From contig NZ_JAAFKF010000002.1 of assembly GCF_013299175.1 (NCBI RefSeq), positions 5,248 to 69,247 on the forward strand: 64,000 bases of DNA. Direction: 5' to 3'. The notes beneath the pieces are model-generated. The model had not been told where the DNA came from. It made no database searches and was given only the letters and a program-made list of their open reading frames with translations. Of this stretch, positions 30,274-39,856 are shown piece after piece (the first letter of the stretch is position 1; the number at the start of each line of letters is the position of its first letter). The DNA comes from Sphaerotilus sp. (lineage in GTDB: Bacteria > Pseudomonadota > Gammaproteobacteria > Burkholderiales > Burkholderiaceae_C). The position numbers were made by a program, and so were the translations under genes.

Positions 30274-30957
30274 ATGCGGCAGGTGCCGCTCGCCTTCGGG
30301 CCGGAGCCGGTGCTGCGCTTCGACACCTTCCTGCCCGGCGGCAATGCGCAGTGGGAGCAGGTGCTGATGGCGCTGCTGTCGCCGAGTCCGTCGATGCCGC
30401 TGTACCTGTGGGGCCCGCCCGGCAGCGGCAAATCCCACCTGCTGCACGCCGCACGCACGCAGGCGCAGTCTTTCGGGCTGCACGCACTGAGCTTCGACCT
30501 GGCCTCGCCCACGCCCTGGGAGTACGACGAGGATGCGCGCCTGCTGCTGCTCGACGACTGCGACCGCTACGACGCCGAGCGCCAGCACGAAGCCTTCCGC
30601 ATGTTCATCGAGGCGACGATCGCCGGCGTGCCCATCATCGCGGGCGGACGGCTGCCGCCCGTGGACCTGCCCGTGCGCGACGACCTGCGCACGCGGCTGG
30701 CGTGGGGGCTGGTGTACCGGCTGGTGCCGCCGACCGACGAGCAGGTCTGCGCGCTGCTGCACCGCGAGGCACAGCGGCGTGGCATCCCCCTGAGCGACGA
30801 AGTGCTGGCCTACCTGCTCAGCCACAGCGAGCGTGACCTGACCCACCTGATGGAGCTGCTGGGCCAGCTCGACCGCTACGCCCTGGCGACCAAGCGACCG
30901 GTGACGCTGCCCCTGCTGCGGCAGATGCTGGCCGAGCCGGACCTGCACACGCTCTGA
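30274..30957 (+). CDS. hda: DnaA regulatory inactivator Hda
   Basis: N-terminal QVPLAF clamp-binding motif, LWGPPGSGKSHLL, DLRTRLAWGL. Confidence 0.9.
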   Translation: MRQVPLAFGPEPVLRFDTFLPGGNAQWEQVLMALLSPSPSMPLYLWGPPGSGKSHLLHAARTQAQSFGLHALSFDLASPTPWEYDEDARLLLLDDCDRYDAERQHEAFRMFIEATIAGVPIIAGGRLPPVDLPVRDDLRTRLAWGLVYRLVPPTDEQVCALLHREAQRRGIPLSDEVLAYLLSHSERDLTHLMELLGQLDRYALATKRPVTLPLLRQMLAEPDLHTL

Positions 30958-30994
30958 TCTGCGTTCCCTGACTCCCCGAAATCTTGTCCCTCCG

Positions 30995-31684
30995 ATGCCC
31001 CAGAATGCACGCCATCTCTGCCTGTTCGACCTCGACGGCACCCTGATCCCCATCGACTCCGACCACGCTTTTGGTGAATTCATGGTCGCGATCGGCTGGG
31101 CCGACGGCGAGACCTTCCGCCAGCGCAACGACGCTTTTTACACCGATTACCAGGCCGGCACGCTCGACCTGCCGGCCTACATCGCCTTCACCACCGCGGC
31201 ATGGCGCGACCGCCCGCTGCCCGAATCGGCCGCGGCGCACCAGCGTTTCATGGCCGAGGTGCTGCGCCCGAACGTGCAGCCGCAGGCGCTGGATCTGGTG
31301 CGCTTCCACCAGCAGCGCGGTGATCTGGTGGCCATCGTCACGGCGACCAACGAATTCGTCACCACCCCGATCGCCGCCGAGTTCGGCGTCGATCACCTGC
31401 TGGCCGTCCAGCTCGAACGCCAGCCCGAGCCCGACGGGCGCTGGGCGGGTACCATCCGCGGCACGCCCACCTTCCGCGAAGGCAAGGTCGGCCGGGTCCA
31501 CGACTGGCTCGCCGGTCTGGGCCACCGCCTGAGCGACTTCTCCGGCATCAGCGTCTACAGCGACTCGCCCAACGACCTGCCGCTGCTGGAATTGGCCACC
31601 GAACCGGTGGCGACCAACCCGAGTCCCGCACTCGAAGCCACCGCCCGCGAGCGCGGCTGGCGCATCCTGCGGCTCTTCCCATGA
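30995..31684 (+). CDS. HAD-IB family hydrolase
   Basis: FDLDGTL, IVTATN, GK, YSDSPNDLPLL. Confidence 0.9.
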   Translation: MPQNARHLCLFDLDGTLIPIDSDHAFGEFMVAIGWADGETFRQRNDAFYTDYQAGTLDLPAYIAFTTAAWRDRPLPESAAAHQRFMAEVLRPNVQPQALDLVRFHQQRGDLVAIVTATNEFVTTPIAAEFGVDHLLAVQLERQPEPDGRWAGTIRGTPTFREGKVGRVHDWLAGLGHRLSDFSGISVYSDSPNDLPLLELATEPVATNPSPALEATARERGWRILRLFP

Positions 31685-33282
31685 TCAAGAAATTCATCGA
31701 CAAACTGCTGGGCAAATCGGCCAGCCCCGTGACCGGCAAGGCCAGCGCGGTCCCGCCCACCCCCGCCACCGCTGCCGAGGTGCCCGCCTTGGCTGGCCCG
31801 GTGATCGGCGTGCGCGTGGAGGTGCCCGTGTCCGAACACGGCATCAACCCGGCGCTGCTCGACGAACGCGCCATCAAGGTGGTCACGACGCTGCAGGACG
31901 CTGGCTACGAGGCGTATGTCGTCGGCGGCGCGGTGCGCGACCTGCTGCTCGGCCACCGCCCCAAGGACTTCGACGTGGCCACCAGCGCGACGCCGGAGCA
32001 GGTGAAATCGCTGTTCCGCCGCGCCTTCATCATCGGCCGGCGCTTCCGCATCGTCCACGTCGTGCATGGCCGTGGCCGCGAGCACGAGGTGGTCGAGGTG
32101 TCCACCTTCCGCGCCTACCTCGACGCCAGTGCTGCCGAGCAGGTGGCGGGCAACGAGAAGACCTCGAAATCCGAACTCGCCGGCAAGAGCCACGTCGTGG
32201 ACGCCAGCGGCCGGGTGCTGCGCGACAACGTCTGGGGTCCGCAGGACGAGGACGCGGCGCGGCGCGATTTCACCGTCAACGCGCTCTACTACGACCCGCG
32301 CCGCCAGATCGTCGTGGACTACCACCACGGTCTCGCCGATGCCAAGAAGCGCCTGCTGCGCATGATCGGTGACCCGGTGACGCGCTACCGCGAAGACCCG
32401 GTGCGGATCATCCGCGTCGTGCGCTTCGCGGCCAAGCTCGGTTTCGAGATCGAACCGGGCACGCGCAAGCCGATCCGCGCCTGCGCCGACCTGCTCGCCA
32501 ACGTGCCGGCCAGCCGCTTGTTCGACGAGATGATCAAGCTGCTGCAGACGGGGCATTCGCTCGCCAGCCTCGAAGAGCTGCGCAAGCAGGGGCTGCACAA
32601 GGGCATCTTCCCGATCCTCGACGCGGTGCTCGACGACGCGCACCAGCACGACGGCCGCGAGCAGTTCATCCAGCGTGCGCTGGCGGACACCGATCGCCGC
32701 GTCGGCGAGGGCAAGCCGGTGGCGCCGAGCTACATGCTGGCGTGCATGCTGTGGCACGACGTGCAGCGCCGCGCCGCGCAACTGCGCAAGCAGGGCGAGA
32801 CCCCGACGCCTGCGATGCAGCAGGCCACCGACGCCGTGTTCGACGCCCGCGTCGGTGACATCTCCGGCCGCGGCAAGCTGGCCGCCGACATGCGCGAAAT
32901 CTGGCTGATGCAGCCGCGTTTCGAGCGCCGCACGCCGTCGTCCGCCTTGTCGCTGGTCGAGCAGCCGCGCTTCCGGGCGGGTTTCGACTTCCTGCGCCTG
33001 CGGGCCGAATCGGGCGAGGCCGAGCTGGAGCTGGCCCGCTGGTGGGAGACCTTCTCCACCGCCAACGACGCCACCCGCGAGGAGTTGCTGACCGAAGCCC
33101 GGGTGCAGGACCAGGCCCGCCGCGCGGCGGGGGGCGCTGCGGCGGCTGCGCGGGGTCCGGCAGCGGAGAGCGACGCCGTCGCCGCAGGCGTGCCGGCGCC
33201 GGCTGCGCGCAAGCGCCGTCGCCGCCGCAAGCCCGCGGGCGAGCGTGGCGCCGCACCGGCTGTGGATGACAGCGCAGGCTGA
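31681..33282 (+). CDS. pcnB: Poly(A) polymerase
   Basis: VGGAVRDLLLG..PKDFDVAT, IIGRRFRIVH, RRDFTVNALYY, EDPVRIIR. Confidence 0.95.
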   Translation: MIKKFIDKLLGKSASPVTGKASAVPPTPATAAEVPALAGPVIGVRVEVPVSEHGINPALLDERAIKVVTTLQDAGYEAYVVGGAVRDLLLGHRPKDFDVATSATPEQVKSLFRRAFIIGRRFRIVHVVHGRGREHEVVEVSTFRAYLDASAAEQVAGNEKTSKSELAGKSHVVDASGRVLRDNVWGPQDEDAARRDFTVNALYYDPRRQIVVDYHHGLADAKKRLLRMIGDPVTRYREDPVRIIRVVRFAAKLGFEIEPGTRKPIRACADLLANVPASRLFDEMIKLLQTGHSLASLEELRKQGLHKGIFPILDAVLDDAHQHDGREQFIQRALADTDRRVGEGKPVAPSYMLACMLWHDVQRRAAQLRKQGETPTPAMQQATDAVFDARVGDISGRGKLAADMREIWLMQPRFERRTPSSALSLVEQPRFRAGFDFLRLRAESGEAELELARWWETFSTANDATREELLTEARVQDQARRAAGGAAAAARGPAAESDAVAAGVPAPAARKRRRRRKPAGERGAAPAVDDSAG

Positions 33283-33799
33283 TTCCACGGCGCCCACCGC
33301 GCGGCTGGCCTGCATTGGCCTGGGGGCCAACCTCGGCGATGCGGCGGCGGCGCTGGACGCGGCGTGTGCCGCCCTGGCCGCGCTGCCCGATACCGAGTGG
33401 ATCATGGCGTCCGGCCGCTGGCGCAGCCGACCCGTGGCGTCGAGCGGGCCGGACTACCTCAACGCCGTCGCCTGTGTCCGCACCTGCTTGTCGCCAGAAG
33501 CCTTGCTGGAGGCACTGCTGGCGATCGAGCTGGACCACGGCCGCGAGCGCCCTTACCGCAACGCCCCGCGCACGCTCGACCTGGACTTGCTGCTCCACGG
33601 CGATCTGCAGCGCCAGACTGCGCGGCTCACCCTGCCACATCCGCGCATGGCCGAGCGGGCGTTCGTGCTGCTGCCGCTGCTGCAGGTGTGCGCTGCACTG
33701 CCAGGACAAGTCCACCTGCCGGACCACCTCGCGGGCGGTGAAACCTGGGCCGCACGGGCACAGCGCCTCGCCACCGCACAGGGCATCGCGCCGGCCTGA
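33266..33799 (+). CDS. folK: HPPK (folate biosynthesis)
   Basis: IGLGANLG, YLNAV, IELDHGRER, PRTLDLDLL, LPHPRMAERAFVL. Confidence 0.95.
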   Translation: MTAQADSTAPTARLACIGLGANLGDAAAALDAACAALAALPDTEWIMASGRWRSRPVASSGPDYLNAVACVRTCLSPEALLEALLAIELDHGRERPYRNAPRTLDLDLLLHGDLQRQTARLTLPHPRMAERAFVLLPLLQVCAALPGQVHLPDHLAGGETWAARAQRLATAQGIAPA

Positions 33800-33914
33800 A
33801 CTGCCCAGAATCGTTCGGGTTACGCAGGGCGTGAATTCCTGACGCCTGCGGCTAAACTCGCCCCGTCTGGCCCCGCCCTGATCTTTTCCCTGAAGTTCCC
33901 CTGGAGTCCCCACC

Positions 33915-34562
33915 ATGTTGTTCGGCAAGCTGCTGCCGCGCGAAGGCAATTTCTTCGAGCTTTTCAACACGCATGGCGAAGCCATCGTCACCGGTGCCCG
34001 CGCCTTCCTGGCCATGGTCCAGAACTATGGTGACGCGGCATTGCGCGAAAAATACGCGGCGGAAGTCGATGACGCCGAACATGCCGCCGACAAGGTCACG
34101 GCCGAGGTCAACCGCCTGCTGCACAAGACCTTCATCACGCCGATCGACCGCGAGCAGATCCACGGCCTGATCAACGCGATGGACGACATCCTTGACTTGC
34201 TGCAGGACACTTCCGAGACGATGTCGCTCTACGACGTGCGCCACATGACCGAGGACGTGCTGCGCCTGAGCGAGCTGTCGGCCAAGTGCTGCGAGCGGGT
34301 GGCGCACGCGGTGACGCTGCTGTCCAAGCTGAGCCAGAGCAGCGTGGCGGAGGCGACCATCAAGACCTGCGAGGAAATCGACCGGCTGGAGTCCGATGCC
34401 GACCGGGTGATGCGCTCGGCGATGTCCAAGCTGTTCCGGGAGGAGCAGGACATCCGCGAGCTGATCAAGCTCAAGGCGATCTACGAGCTGCTGGAGTCGA
34501 TCTCCGACAAGTGCGAGGACGTGGCCAACCTGATCGAGGGCATCGTCCTCGAAAACTCCTGA
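33915..34562 (+). CDS. DUF47 (PhoU-like) phosphate transport regulator
   Basis: EHAAD, FITPIDREQI, LESDADRV, ISDKCEDVAN; upstream of PiT. Confidence 0.9.
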   Translation: MLFGKLLPREGNFFELFNTHGEAIVTGARAFLAMVQNYGDAALREKYAAEVDDAEHAADKVTAEVNRLLHKTFITPIDREQIHGLINAMDDILDLLQDTSETMSLYDVRHMTEDVLRLSELSAKCCERVAHAVTLLSKLSQSSVAEATIKTCEEIDRLESDADRVMRSAMSKLFREEQDIRELIKLKAIYELLESISDKCEDVANLIEGIVLENS

Positions 34563-34581
34563 GCGCGCGGAGTCTGTTCAC

Positions 34582-35592
34582 ATGAATGGTGTACAGGTCG
34601 GTTTCTGGGTGATTGCCTTGCTGGTGGTGCTGGCGATCGCGTTCGATTTCATGAACGGTTTCCACGACGCGGCGAACTCGATCGCCACCGTGGTGTCCAC
34701 GGGCGTGCTCAAGCCGCAGCAGGCGGTGCTGTTCGCGGCGTTCTTCAATGTGATCGCGATCTCGATCTTCCAGCTCAAGGTGGCCGCCACGGTCGGCAAG
34801 GGCATCGTCGAGCCGGGCATCGTGGACCACTACGTCGTGTTCGGCGCGCTCATCGGGGCGATCACCTGGAACGTGGTGACCTGGCTCTACGGCATCCCGT
34901 CCAGCTCGTCGCACGCACTGATCGGTGGCATCGTCGGCTCGGTGATCGCCAAGGCAGGTGTCACGGCGCTGATCGGCACGGGCGTGTGGAAGACGGTGGC
35001 GTTCATCTTCGTGTCGCCGCTGCTGGGCTTCCTGCTGGGGTCGTTGATGATGGTGCTGGTGGCGTGGCTGTGCCGGCGCACGCCGCCGCTGCGGGTGGAC
35101 AAGTGGTTCCGGCGGCTGCAACTGGTCTCGGCAGGGCTGTACAGCCTGGGCCACGGCGGCAACGACGCGCAGAAGACCATCGGCATCATCTGGATGCTGC
35201 TGATCGCCACCGGCTACACCCAGGCTGGCGACAAGATGCCCCCGAGCTGGGTCATCTGGTGCTGCTACATCGCGATCGGCCTGGGCACGATGTTCGGCGG
35301 CTGGCGCATCGTGAAGACGATGGGCCAGAAGATCACCAAGCTCAAGCCAGTGGGTGGTTTCTGCGCCGAGACGGGCGGGGCGATCACGCTGTTCCTGGCG
35401 ACGGCGCTGGGCGTGCCGGTCTCGACGACGCACACCATCACCGGGGCCATCGTCGGTGTCGGCTCGGTGCAGCGGGCCTCCGCCGTGCGCTGGGGCGTGG
35501 CGGGCAACATCGTGTGGGCGTGGATCTTCACGATTCCCGCGTCCGCCACGGTGGCCGCCATCGCCTACTACGCGGGCACCCGGCTGTTCTGA
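34582..35592 (+). CDS. Inorganic phosphate transporter (PiT family)
   Basis: NGFHDAANSIAT, GIPSSSSH, GHGGNDAQK, PVSTTH. Confidence 0.93.
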   Translation: MNGVQVGFWVIALLVVLAIAFDFMNGFHDAANSIATVVSTGVLKPQQAVLFAAFFNVIAISIFQLKVAATVGKGIVEPGIVDHYVVFGALIGAITWNVVTWLYGIPSSSSHALIGGIVGSVIAKAGVTALIGTGVWKTVAFIFVSPLLGFLLGSLMMVLVAWLCRRTPPLRVDKWFRRLQLVSAGLYSLGHGGNDAQKTIGIIWMLLIATGYTQAGDKMPPSWVIWCCYIAIGLGTMFGGWRIVKTMGQKITKLKPVGGFCAETGGAITLFLATALGVPVSTTHTITGAIVGVGSVQRASAVRWGVAGNIVWAWIFTIPASATVAAIAYYAGTRLF

Positions 35593-35623
35593 TCTGAGCC
35601 AGCGCCGCCGGGCCGCCTGCGGC

Positions 35624-36079
35624 TCAGCGGCTGATCTGGTGCGCGGCTTCGACCTGCGCTTCGAAGTAGCGTTGCAGCGTGAAGGTGATCGACGACAGCA
35701 GCATCGTCGCCCCCAGCAGCAGTGCTGCGACCACGCCGAGCACCGTGCCCCAGCCCGCCGCCGGCGAACCCTGGCCAGCGGCGGCGCCGGGGTTGTAGCG
35801 GGCATCCCAACGCTCGTCGCTGGTCAGCCCGCAGAGGATGGCGGCGAGCATCCCCGCCGTGATCGACAACCCGCCCAGCGGCAGCAGCCACGGCGCGGCG
35901 GTGTCGTCCAGCCCGAAGGCGGCCATGCGCTGCACCCCGGCCATGCCCAGCAGCGTCAGCGGCACATGCACCCAGCCCCACACGTCGCGCAGGCCGTGCA
36001 GATAGAACCGGTGCAGCCCGAAGCCGCCTCCCACCACGGCGAGCCAGGTCGCCAGCGTTTTCGATTTCACGGCGCTCAT
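35624..36079 (-). CDS. TM2/NINE domain membrane protein
   Basis: KSKTLATWLAVVGGGFGLHRFYL. Confidence 0.8.
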   Translation of the reverse strand: MSAVKSKTLATWLAVVGGGFGLHRFYLHGLRDVWGWVHVPLTLLGMAGVQRMAAFGLDDTAAPWLLPLGGLSITAGMLAAILCGLTSDERWDARYNPGAAAGQGSPAAGWGTVLGVVAALLLGATMLLSSITFTLQRYFEAQVEAAHQISR

Positions 36080-36648
36080 GTCGAGGCTCCAGCGTGTCCA
36101 GGGAGGGCGATGGTGGGGGCAAGTGTGTCCCCTGCGCCCAGCGAGCGTTGCATCATCACAACATCCAGCCAGCGGTCGAACTTCCAGCCCACCGAGCGCA
36201 TCACGCCCAGCGTCTCGAATCCGCAGGCGCGGTGGACGCCGATGGATCCGTGGTTGTCCGAGTCGCCGATCACCGCGAGCAACTGCCGTGCCCCGAGCGC
36301 GGTGCAGCGTGCCACCAGCTCCGCCAGCAGCAACCGGCCCAGCCCCAGCCGGTGGGCGCGTGGCGAGAGGTAGATCGAATCCTCCAGGGCGTAGCGCCAC
36401 GCGGGGCGGGCGCGGAAGTGGTTGGCATAGGCGTAGCCAAGCACCTCGGGGCCGTGGCCGAGGTCGTGCTCGACGACGATCCAGGGCAGCCCCTTGCCGA
36501 GCACATCGGCGCGGCGGCGGGTCATCTCGGCGAGGTCGGGCGGGTCGATCTCGAAGGTGCCTGTACCGTGTGCGACGTTGGCGGCGTAGACCGCGGTGAT
36601 GGCCGGCAGGTCGGCTTCCTCGCTGGGGCGGATCATGGGAGCGTTCAT
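36076..36648 (-). CDS. GNAT N-acetyltransferase (Pat/YncA-like)
   Basis: GTGTFE, YRxALEDSIYL, GLGRLLL, N..SIGVHRACGF, GWKFDRWLDV. Confidence 0.88.
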   Translation of the reverse strand: MNAPMIRPSEEADLPAITAVYAANVAHGTGTFEIDPPDLAEMTRRRADVLGKGLPWIVVEHDLGHGPEVLGYAYANHFRARPAWRYALEDSIYLSPRAHRLGLGRLLLAELVARCTALGARQLLAVIGDSDNHGSIGVHRACGFETLGVMRSVGWKFDRWLDVVMMQRSLGAGDTLAPTIALPGHAGAST

Positions 36649-36869
36649 GGAAGTCCGGGAGAGTTTATAATCTTGGGTTTTCCGACGACGGCTGACCGGC
36701 ACCATGCCACGCAGCGCGATCTAACGGGGTCGGGAAGAATGGGGTTGTCGCGTGAAGCTCGCATGAAGTTGCGGTCTGCATGCGGCATTGTCTGATCTGC
36801 TGGCCTGAGTGTCTCCTGGTCGCGTGGGTCTCTGGTTTTGCCTTCTATACCTTTGATCAAGGAAACATC

Positions 36870-37142
36870 ATGGTCGTGATTCGTCTTTCCCGTGGCGGCG
36901 CCAAGAAGCGCCCGTTCTACAACCTGGTCGTGGCCCACAGCCAGAACCGCCGTGACGGCCGCTTCATCGAGCGCGTCGGTTTCTACAACCCGGTGGCCTC
37001 CGGTCAAGCCGAAGCCCTGCGCGTCGCCTTCGACCGCGTGGACTACTGGACCAGCGTCGGTGCGCAACTGTCGCCCACCGTCGAGCGCCTGATCAAGCAA
37101 GCCAAGTCCACGGTCGCTGCGCCCGTCGCCGTCGCTGCCTGA
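36870..37142 (+). CDS. rpsP: 30S ribosomal protein S16
   Basis: [32 protein letters not shown]. Confidence 0.98.
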   Translation: MVVIRLSRGGAKKRPFYNLVVAHSQNRRDGRFIERVGFYNPVASGQAEALRVAFDRVDYWTSVGAQLSPTVERLIKQAKSTVAAPVAVAA

Positions 37143-37186
37143 TTGCACTTGCTGTTCCTGCCCTGACCGCCCCGAGCGCCCCCACC

Positions 37187-37780
37187 ATGACCGTGACCAC
37201 TCCCGATGACGCCGTGGCCTGGCCCGATGACGCCATCGAGGTCGCGCGGGTGGCCGACGCCTGGGGCATCAAGGGCTGGCTGCGGATCCAGCCCTACGCG
37301 GCGGATCCGCAAGTCGTGCGCAAGGCACGGCACTGGTTCCTGCAGCCACCCGCCGGCAAGCCGCGCGCCAAGGATGCCCCGGCGCTGCCCAAGGTGCTGA
37401 ACGTCACGCTGGTCAAGGAGCACAGCGATGGCATGGTGGCCTCCGTGCGCGAAGTCGCCGACCGCAATGGCGCCGAAGCGCTGCGCGGCGCCCGCATCTT
37501 CGTGTCGCGTTCGATCTTCCCGAAGACGGACGACGGCGAGTTCTACTGGATCGACCTGATCGGCCTGAACGTCGTCAACCGCGACGGCGCAGTGCTCGGT
37601 ACGGTCGCCGAAATGCTCGACACCGGTGCCCACAGCGTGATGCGCCTGACCGCCGAGAGCGTCGATGCAGCGGGCGTGCCCGGTACCGTCGAATGCCTGA
37701 TCCCCTTCGTCGCCGCCTACATCGACGATGTCAGCCTGACCGAGCGGCGCATCGTCGCCGACTGGGGCCTGGACTACTGA
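37187..37780 (+). CDS. rimM: Ribosome maturation factor RimM
   Basis: AWGIKGW, DRNGAEALRG, EFYWIDLIG, LIPFV. Confidence 0.95.
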   Translation: MTVTTPDDAVAWPDDAIEVARVADAWGIKGWLRIQPYAADPQVVRKARHWFLQPPAGKPRAKDAPALPKVLNVTLVKEHSDGMVASVREVADRNGAEALRGARIFVSRSIFPKTDDGEFYWIDLIGLNVVNRDGAVLGTVAEMLDTGAHSVMRLTAESVDAAGVPGTVECLIPFVAAYIDDVSLTERRIVADWGLDY

Positions 37781-37805
37781 CGCTGCCGCGCCTGCTGCAC
37801 CCGCT

Positions 37806-38552
37806 GTGCGCTTCGACATCGTCACCCTGTTTCCCGAGCTGTTCGACCCGTTCCTGAAGGTCGGCGTGACGCGCCGCGCCTACTCGACCGGGCAGGTGGA
37901 CGTGCGCCTGTGGCCGCTGCGCGACCACGCCGACAACACCTACCGCCGCATCGACGACCGCGCCTACGGCGGCGGTCCCGGCATGGTGATGCTGGTCGAG
38001 CCGCTGGAGCGTGCGCTCGCGGCTATCCGCCAGGACCGTGCCGAAGCGGCAGGCGCACCCGTCCTCCTCTTCAGCCCCGCGGGCGCCACGCTGACCCAGT
38101 CGCGGGTGCAGGCGCTGGCGGCCAGCTCCGGCGCGATCCTGGTCTGTGGCCGCTACGAGGGCCTGGACCAACGCTTCATCGACCGCCATGTGGACGAAGA
38201 GGTGAGCCTGGGCGACTTCGTGTTGTCCGGCGGCGAGCTGCCCGCGCTGACGCTGCTGGACGCCGTGACCCGCCTGCAGCCCGGTGTCCTGAACGCCGCC
38301 GCCTCGCACGAGCAGGACAGCTTCTCGGACGGGCTGCTCGACTGCCCGCACTACAGCCGCCCCGAAACGCTGGGCGAGGACGCCGTGCCGCCGGTGTTGC
38401 TGTCGGGCCACCACGCCCACATCGCCCGCTGGCGCCGCGAGCGTCAGCTGGAGCTGACGGCCCGCCGCCGACCCGACCTGATCACGGCGGCACGCCAGGC
38501 CGGCCGCCTGAGTCGGGCCGACGAGCAGTACCTCTCCAACATCCGGCTATAA
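37806..38552 (+). CDS. trmD: tRNA (m1G37) methyltransferase
   Basis: IVTLFPE, DDRAYGGGPGMV, CGRYEGLDQR, SLGDFVLSGGE, HYSRP. Confidence 0.97.
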   Translation: MRFDIVTLFPELFDPFLKVGVTRRAYSTGQVDVRLWPLRDHADNTYRRIDDRAYGGGPGMVMLVEPLERALAAIRQDRAEAAGAPVLLFSPAGATLTQSRVQALAASSGAILVCGRYEGLDQRFIDRHVDEEVSLGDFVLSGGELPALTLLDAVTRLQPGVLNAAASHEQDSFSDGLLDCPHYSRPETLGEDAVPPVLLSGHHAHIARWRRERQLELTARRRPDLITAARQAGRLSRADEQYLSNIRL

Positions 38553-38637
38553 TCGCGGGCTTTGATCCTCTGCCTGAAGGAAGTCCGGTGTTCGGCATGA
38601 ACGCTGGCCCTTGCCGGCACGATCGCCTGGAGTCCCC

Positions 38638-38991
38638 ATGAACCTGATCCTCGAACTTGAGCAAGAAGAAATCGCTCGACTCAACAAGACCATCCCCGTC
38701 TTCGCCCCCGGCGACACGGTGATCGTCAGCGTCAACGTCGTCGAAGGCACCCGCAAGCGCGTGCAGGCTTACGAAGGCGTCGTGATTGCCCGCCGCAACC
38801 GTGGCCTGAACAGCAACTTCATCGTCCGCAAGATCTCCAGCGGCGAAGGCGTGGAACGCACGTTCCAGCTCTACAGCCCGCTGATCGCCAACATCGAAGT
38901 CAAGCGCCGTGGCGATGTCCGCCGCGCCAAGCTGTACTACCTGCGCCAGCGCAGCGGCAAGTCGGCACGCATCAAGGAAAAGCTGGCCTGA
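38638..38991 (+). CDS. rplS: 50S ribosomal protein L19
   Basis: [41 protein letters not shown]. Confidence 0.98.
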   Translation: MNLILELEQEEIARLNKTIPVFAPGDTVIVSVNVVEGTRKRVQAYEGVVIARRNRGLNSNFIVRKISSGEGVERTFQLYSPLIANIEVKRRGDVRRAKLYYLRQRSGKSARIKEKLA

Positions 38992-39045
38992 TCGCTGGCT
39001 CACCCGCCGACCCAGGCATCCTGCACGCGGGATGCCTCGATCACC

Positions 39046-39074
39046 AAGCCGCCTCCGGGCGGCTTTGTCGTTTT
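39046..39074 (+). terminator. Rho-independent terminator after rplS
   Basis: AAGCCGCC-TCCG-GGCGGCTT followed by TGTCGTTTT; second hairpin at 39014-39037. Confidence 0.75.
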
Positions 39075-39092
39075 CGGCCTATCCTGAAACCC

Positions 39093-39797
39093 ATGTCCCG
39101 ACGCCCGACCCTCATCCGCGATCCACGCGCTGTGCCGGTGGCCAGTGCCGACCACCACCTGCCCGCGCTGACCAGCGATCGCCTCACGCCGGCACAGATC
39201 AAGGCCCGCTTTGCCGCGCCGCCCGACTGGCAGCCGGAGTTCCGCGGCGATGGGGGTGGCCCGCTGGCCGAGCGCGTGCCTGCCGCGGCGGCGGTGCTGG
39301 TGGCACTGGTGGCACGCGAGGACGGCCTGCATGTCCTGCTGACGCGCCGCACCGACCACCTGCGCGACCACGCCGGGCAGATCAGCTTTCCCGGTGGGCG
39401 GGTCGATCCGGGGGAAGTCGACCCCGTGGTGACGGCGTTGCGCGAAGCCCGCGAGGAGATCGGCCTGGCCGCCCGGCACATCGAGGTCATCGGTGCGCTG
39501 CCCACCTACACCACCGTCACGTCCTACGTCGTGACACCGGTCGTGGCGCTGGTGCATCCGCCGTTTGCGCTGGAGATCGAGGGCGGGGAGGTGGCCGAGG
39601 CGTTCGAGGTGCCGCTGGCCTTCCTGATGGCGCCTGCTCACCACCAGGTCCACGTGTTCGACACGCCCGACGAGCGCCGCCAGTTCCTGTCGATGCCCTG
39701 GCGTGGCCCGTCGGCCGACGGAGACGAGCGCGACTACTTCATCTGGGGTGCCACGGCGGCGATGCTGCGCAACCTCTACCGCTTTCTGGCGGCCTGA
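39093..39797 (+). CDS. CoA pyrophosphatase (Nudix)
   Basis: LLTRR..HLRDHAGQISFPGGR, ALREAREEIG, IWGATA. Confidence 0.92.
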   Translation: MSRRPTLIRDPRAVPVASADHHLPALTSDRLTPAQIKARFAAPPDWQPEFRGDGGGPLAERVPAAAAVLVALVAREDGLHVLLTRRTDHLRDHAGQISFPGGRVDPGEVDPVVTALREAREEIGLAARHIEVIGALPTYTTVTSYVVTPVVALVHPPFALEIEGGEVAEAFEVPLAFLMAPAHHQVHVFDTPDERRQFLSMPWRGPSADGDERDYFIWGATAAMLRNLYRFLAA

Positions 39798-39856
39798 TTG
39801 TTCATGCGGGTGAAGGCTGATGCCGTGTCGTTGTTCACGCCGTTATCATTGAGAGC

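Noticed and set aside
36672-36869. Roughly 190-nt stretch between a TATAAT (36666) and rpsP as a possible structured leader or ncRNA
   Set aside because: No recognisable RNA family or convincing hairpin by eye; would need Infernal or TSS data.
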